Shown: positions 60,473 through 64,000 of the stretch, piece by piece
Position numbering within the stretch: the first letter of the stretch is position 1
Layout of the letters: each line of letters begins with the position of its first letter
Source of the DNA: an uncultured virus (IMG/VR IMGVR_UViG_3300010158_000055)
Lineage: Duplodnaviria > Heunggongvirae > Uroviricota > Caudoviricetes
Strand: one strand, 5' to 3'
Virus record (IMG/VR): IMGVR_UViG_3300010158_000055
DNA: 64,000 nt
Notes under the pieces: model-generated
The model's database searches: none
The model's input: the letters and a program-made list of their open reading frames with translations, nothing else
Told to the model about the DNA's origin: nothing
Position numbers and translations under genes: made by a program

Positions 60473-61039
60473 TTACTGCTTGTTTTTATCCATTTCTTGG
60501 AATTCTGCATCAAATCTAGCAGCAGTTTCTCGAACCATTCGAATCTGATCACGGGCTCTGGCACGGTTGTTGGCATCACCCAAGGGCAGTGCTACCAGTA
60601 CATATTGGTTAAATCTTGCACCGTTGGGTATAGTTTCAGATTCTACCACTTCTGCACCGGTTATATCCAAACTGGGGCAACGAGTTCTCGTGGCCTTGGT
60701 GCTTTGACTGTTGGAATCACCGTTGCGATCAATGGTGTAGTTTTTGAACTGACTTTCAGTCTGGGCACCGGCTCCCATGCATAGTTGACTGTAGGCTTCG
60801 TTTTCTGCAATGCTCATGGCCATCATCATGTTGTTGCTGGTGGCAAATCCCACGCCATACACCACATCTGCGTTGTTTTTGGGACGTTTAGTGAACCAGC
60901 TGGGTGCCTGTCGAATAGTGGTTTTGACTGTTTGAGCCTGGCGCTCACGCTCTTGGTTGGCACGTTGTTGATATGGATCTACAGAACTGCATGCCGACAA
61001 CAATAAGGCTATACTGGTTGCTAATACTAATTTTTTCAT
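60473..61039 (-). CDS. Lipoprotein (LPP20-like)
   Basis: MKK start, lipobox LSAC, PSWF...YGVG. Confidence 0.7.
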   Translation of the reverse strand: MKKLVLATSIALLLSACSSVDPYQQRANQERERQAQTVKTTIRQAPSWFTKRPKNNADVVYGVGFATSNNMMMAMSIAENEAYSQLCMGAGAQTESQFKNYTIDRNGDSNSQSTKATRTRCPSLDITGAEVVESETIPNGARFNQYVLVALPLGDANNRARARDQIRMVRETAARFDAEFQEMDKNKQ

Positions 61040-61084
61040 ACTATACCTTTCGGTTTGGTTAAAGTTAAAAACAGTGTAACACAA

Positions 61085-61453
61085 TTATCGTTGTTTGTCA
61101 AATTCTAATTCCCAACGATTGATATACTGACCGGGTCTTGTTCCATCATTGCAAACTCGTGCTTGGCTGGCAGTGCCATTGAAGTTTTCCTGCACCACTA
61201 CACAATCTGCAGGCTTGATGTCTCGCTTGGGGTCACAACTGCCACGCAACATCAATAAATCGTTGTGTAATATAGCACGTTTTGGCCTATCCCAAAAAGG
61301 AACATTGGCCAACTGTTGGCGGATCGTAGCCTCTTGTCTGCATCCGGTGCTCATGTAGTTTAAGTCATTAAAATCCATTGTGGTGCTTTTGGGACTGGTT
61401 AATCCACAGGCCGTGAGCAACACTGTGGAGGATAGGATCACAAGTAGTTTCAT
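61085..61453 (-). CDS. Lipoprotein
   Basis: Lipobox LTAC. Confidence 0.65.
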   Translation of the reverse strand: MKLLVILSSTVLLTACGLTSPKSTTMDFNDLNYMSTGCRQEATIRQQLANVPFWDRPKRAILHNDLLMLRGSCDPKRDIKPADCVVVQENFNGTASQARVCNDGTRPGQYINRWELEFDKQR

Positions 61454-61707
61454 TGGCAATAGTACCTTAATCTTTGTATGTACTGGTCAATGGTGCGATC
61501 ATACAATTCAAGATCATCACCGGGTTGAACAGGGTGTTTTTTAAGTTCTGTAAGATATCTCATGTGCATGATTCGGTTGGCACAGTCCGGGTTGGGTCCA
61601 TATATAGTTCCAAATGTTTCTTCATATGCAGGCCTGGGTGTAGGCAAAAATTCCGGCAATTGGCAAATCAACGGACTCATTAACATAGCGAGTATTCCGC
61701 AGATCAT
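61450..61707 (-). CDS. Hypothetical protein
   Basis: Tiled ORF. Confidence 0.5.
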   Translation of the reverse strand: MICGILAMLMSPLICQLPEFLPTPRPAYEETFGTIYGPNPDCANRIMHMRYLTELKKHPVQPGDDLELYDRTIDQYIQRLRYYCQ

Positions 61708-61894
61708 GACTGCTTATGAAATGTCACAGTTTGACGGATCACCTGACGAGCTGTGGGCTCATCTACTCCTGCATTACGTTGCACATATCGCACCGCATCT
61801 CTTGTGTTGAACTGCAACTGAAATACTGCTTCATTGGCCATGCGTTCCGCTCTACTCATTTTACCGCTCCTTTGGTTCAACTACATTAAAAAAA

Positions 61895-63420
61895 TTATTG
61901 TGGTGCTCGTTCTAACCTACGAGCAAGATGTCTTTGCCAACTGGCATCTAGATCCGGCCTACGCAACATACCGCCTATCGCTCGTTCAGCCGACCCTGTA
62001 CTTTCCATGGTGTCCGGCAGTTCATAAAAATTGTATCGCACACTCCATCTGGGTGCATTGGTTCTAACAGCATCAATTTCATGTAGTACAGGCAGTCGTT
62101 GCCATTGAGTCGTCAACTGCTCTAGCACTGTGTCCCAAAATGTTTGACTCCAAACAGTCTTGGCTCGGCTTCTAGCGGATCTGGCCAAATCTAGTCTATG
62201 TCCCAGAGTGTCTAATTCTTGTTCTAAATATCTGTAGTCTTTGAGATCATGATGCACAATTGTGATAGGAGTCATATTACAATTCTAGTAGGTTAGTTAA
62301 CGGGATTATCATTTATAAATTGGGCCTGGGCAAGGAAATGGTTAATTTCGTGTTGCACCAGCCATACATGCTTTTTCAGTGCTTCTTCCACTGTGGCCCA
62401 CCGTCCTAGGATTTCTCCTTCGCCGGATTCTGTCCTAAACACACCGGTTTCGTAGGGCAATCCTGTGTGGAAACTGCCAAGATGTACTGTACTGATCTTG
62501 AGTTCACCTATGACTGTAACTGCTACTGGTTTGGGTAAGGAGTATTCTGACATATTATTTCCTTATCGTTTCAAAAAGAGAATGGCTAATACAACACCCA
62601 ATATTATTTGTAACATTAATTCGTTTGACATATTAACCCCACGCTTTCTTGGCACCGTGTTTTTCATTCCAGTAATAACCAGAAGTATATGCATAGATTT
62701 CTTCTGCTGTCATATCGGCTGCTTCTATCCTATCGCTAACACCAGTACCTGCGGTGTAATAATGAGGGTCAATGCCACGTCCGTAGTAACTGTCTGCTGA
62801 ACCACGGTCCCAAGGTCCACCGTGTCTTGTATCAAATTCTTTAACATCATATCTATACATATTTGCTCCCGAAGTTTAACTATACTACTATTATAACCAA
62901 AATGTCATTTTGAGTCAACCATTTTCCATTGCCAGGTTCATTTTGTGCCCTTGTTCTTTTCTGGCCTATGATCAGCACCTTTGGCCTGACATTGTTTAAT
63001 AAATTTGGCATCAAGTTTAACACCTGTTCCTGCCAAGTTAAATTTGTTCAACGCATAGCCCAACTGAGTTGAGTTGGATAAAACCGAACTCACCAGTGAT
63101 TCAATTTTGCTTTCTGCAATACCCGACTCTAGCAATTCTGGTAAATTCTCTAGGATAAACTGCTTGATGATTGGGTTCATGCTGTGTCCTTAGGCTGTTT
63201 GTTTGGCGTCCATAATTTCGCAAAGTATGAACTTGGCAATGTTGATCTGTTTGCGTACAGCATCTTTACTGGCACCACCCGCCAACATTTCTTGTGCATC
63301 GCTTAAAACCGACATCACTACCATATCTAAACCGCTGAGTCTAGCAGTGATACCGTTCATGTATTCTTCACGGATTTGTGATGCATCAATACCATAACAG
63401 TTCTTTTCAAATTCAGTCAT
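61895..63420 (-). other. Small hypothetical early genes (61895-62275, 62293-62553, 62633-62860, 62938-63180, 63190-63420)
   Basis: Tiled ORFs; promoters at 62890-62918 and 63450-63478. Confidence 0.6.
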
Positions 63421-63485
63421 TTCAGCTCCTAATTAATTACTATACTAATATTATAGCAAATGGGGAATTATGGGTCAACCAAAAT
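63421..63485 (-). promoter_or_regulatory. Early promoter + RBS cassette
   Basis: TTTTGGTTGACC-17-TATAAT...AGGAGCTG. Confidence 0.85.
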
Positions 63486-63487
63486 GC

Positions 63488-63514
63488 AAAAACCCCGCGA
63501 ACGGGGTTTTTTTT
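63488..63514. terminator. Intrinsic terminator, bidirectional form
   Basis: aaaaacccc-g-cgaa-c-ggggtttttttt. Confidence 0.85.
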
Positions 63515-63537
63515 GGGTGTTGCTGATTTACAACAGT

Positions 63538-63777
63538 TTATTTGGATTTTTTTGGTGCAAACATCTTGGCAAAATCCCACTGTGCCAAGTCGGTTTTAAC
63601 GCCTTCCACTGCGGCATCTGCAACCTGTTTACCAGTGTTGTAAAATGTCTTGGTGAATTCGGCCTGTGCGTCTACCACTGCTTCTAAATCTGCACGAAGT
63701 TTATCGTGCTCAACGTATGATAAAAATTGCTTGGTATTTTTTACTGCTGTGTTAACCACTGTATCGATGCTAAACAT
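63538..63777 (-). CDS. Small amphipathic helical protein, possibly phasin-like
   Basis: AGGAG RBS; helical composition; ends FAP+Lys tail. Confidence 0.5.
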   Translation of the reverse strand: MFSIDTVVNTAVKNTKQFLSYVEHDKLRADLEAVVDAQAEFTKTFYNTGKQVADAAVEGVKTDLAQWDFAKMFAPKKSK

Positions 63778-63905
63778 AGTTTTCTCCTTGATTGTTTAAT
63801 TACTATTGTAACATATATTTATGTGCGAACGCACATTTTTAATTTATTTTTTAACCATATGTTCCCCGCTAAATAATATTATCTATTCGAATAGGAGATA
63901 TCAAA

Positions 63906-64000
63906 ATGGAAATCATCATTGCACTAGCAGTAGTTGTTGGATTTGTAGCCTGGTATTACAACCGTAAACCTGCTGTTAAAACTGCAGAAGCAACATTGGA
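63906..64000 (+). CDS. Partial membrane protein (MEIIIALAVVVG...)
   Basis: GCTAAATA and AGGAG upstream; runs off window end. Confidence 0.6.
   Translation, partial: MEIIIALAVVVGFVAWYYNRKPAVKTAEATL

Noticed and set aside
564..63687. Most short plus-strand track ORFs
   Set aside because: Antisense shadows of tiled minus-strand genes, with no recognisable motifs.
1..64000. Stop-codon reassignment
   Set aside because: Genes are full length in the standard code, and TAA, TAG and TGA all end coherent ORFs.
1..64000. Bacterial chromosome origin
   Set aside because: Host-like genes are scattered among tail fibres, lysis genes, a phage-type clamp loader and dense small ORFs, without bacterial operon context.

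Overview
64 kb segment of a large, probably T4-like or jumbo-type tailed phage genome in the standard genetic code, coded almost entirely on the minus strand. A betaproteobacterial host is inferred from two Bug/TctC genes and a tmRNA tag resembling ANDERYALAA. It holds: virion and tail-fibre genes (20.1-30.0 kb); a lysis module; replication genes (clamp loader, ATP-dependent DNA ligase, a short DnaE fragment); host-like genes (ClpA, DnaJ, GroES, PhoH, IF-1, ErpA/IscA, Fe/Mn SOD); three accessory enzyme clusters; an array of small paralogous ORFs; and many small genes behind a repeated sigma70 promoter cassette. Highlights: (1) an unrecognised RNA motif present twice (47549-47660, 52688-52806) with identical cores and different but still pairing stems; (2) a circularly permuted two-piece tmRNA with a further ~155-nt structured element upstream; (3) late genes with T4 capsid-targeting-like N-termini and internal (I/L/V)xE or QGV(E/A)E junctions, suggesting protease-processed packaged polyproteins; (4) gene-junction DNA repeats that look like modular shuffling sites. 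All protein calls come from motif recognition by eye; no database search was run.
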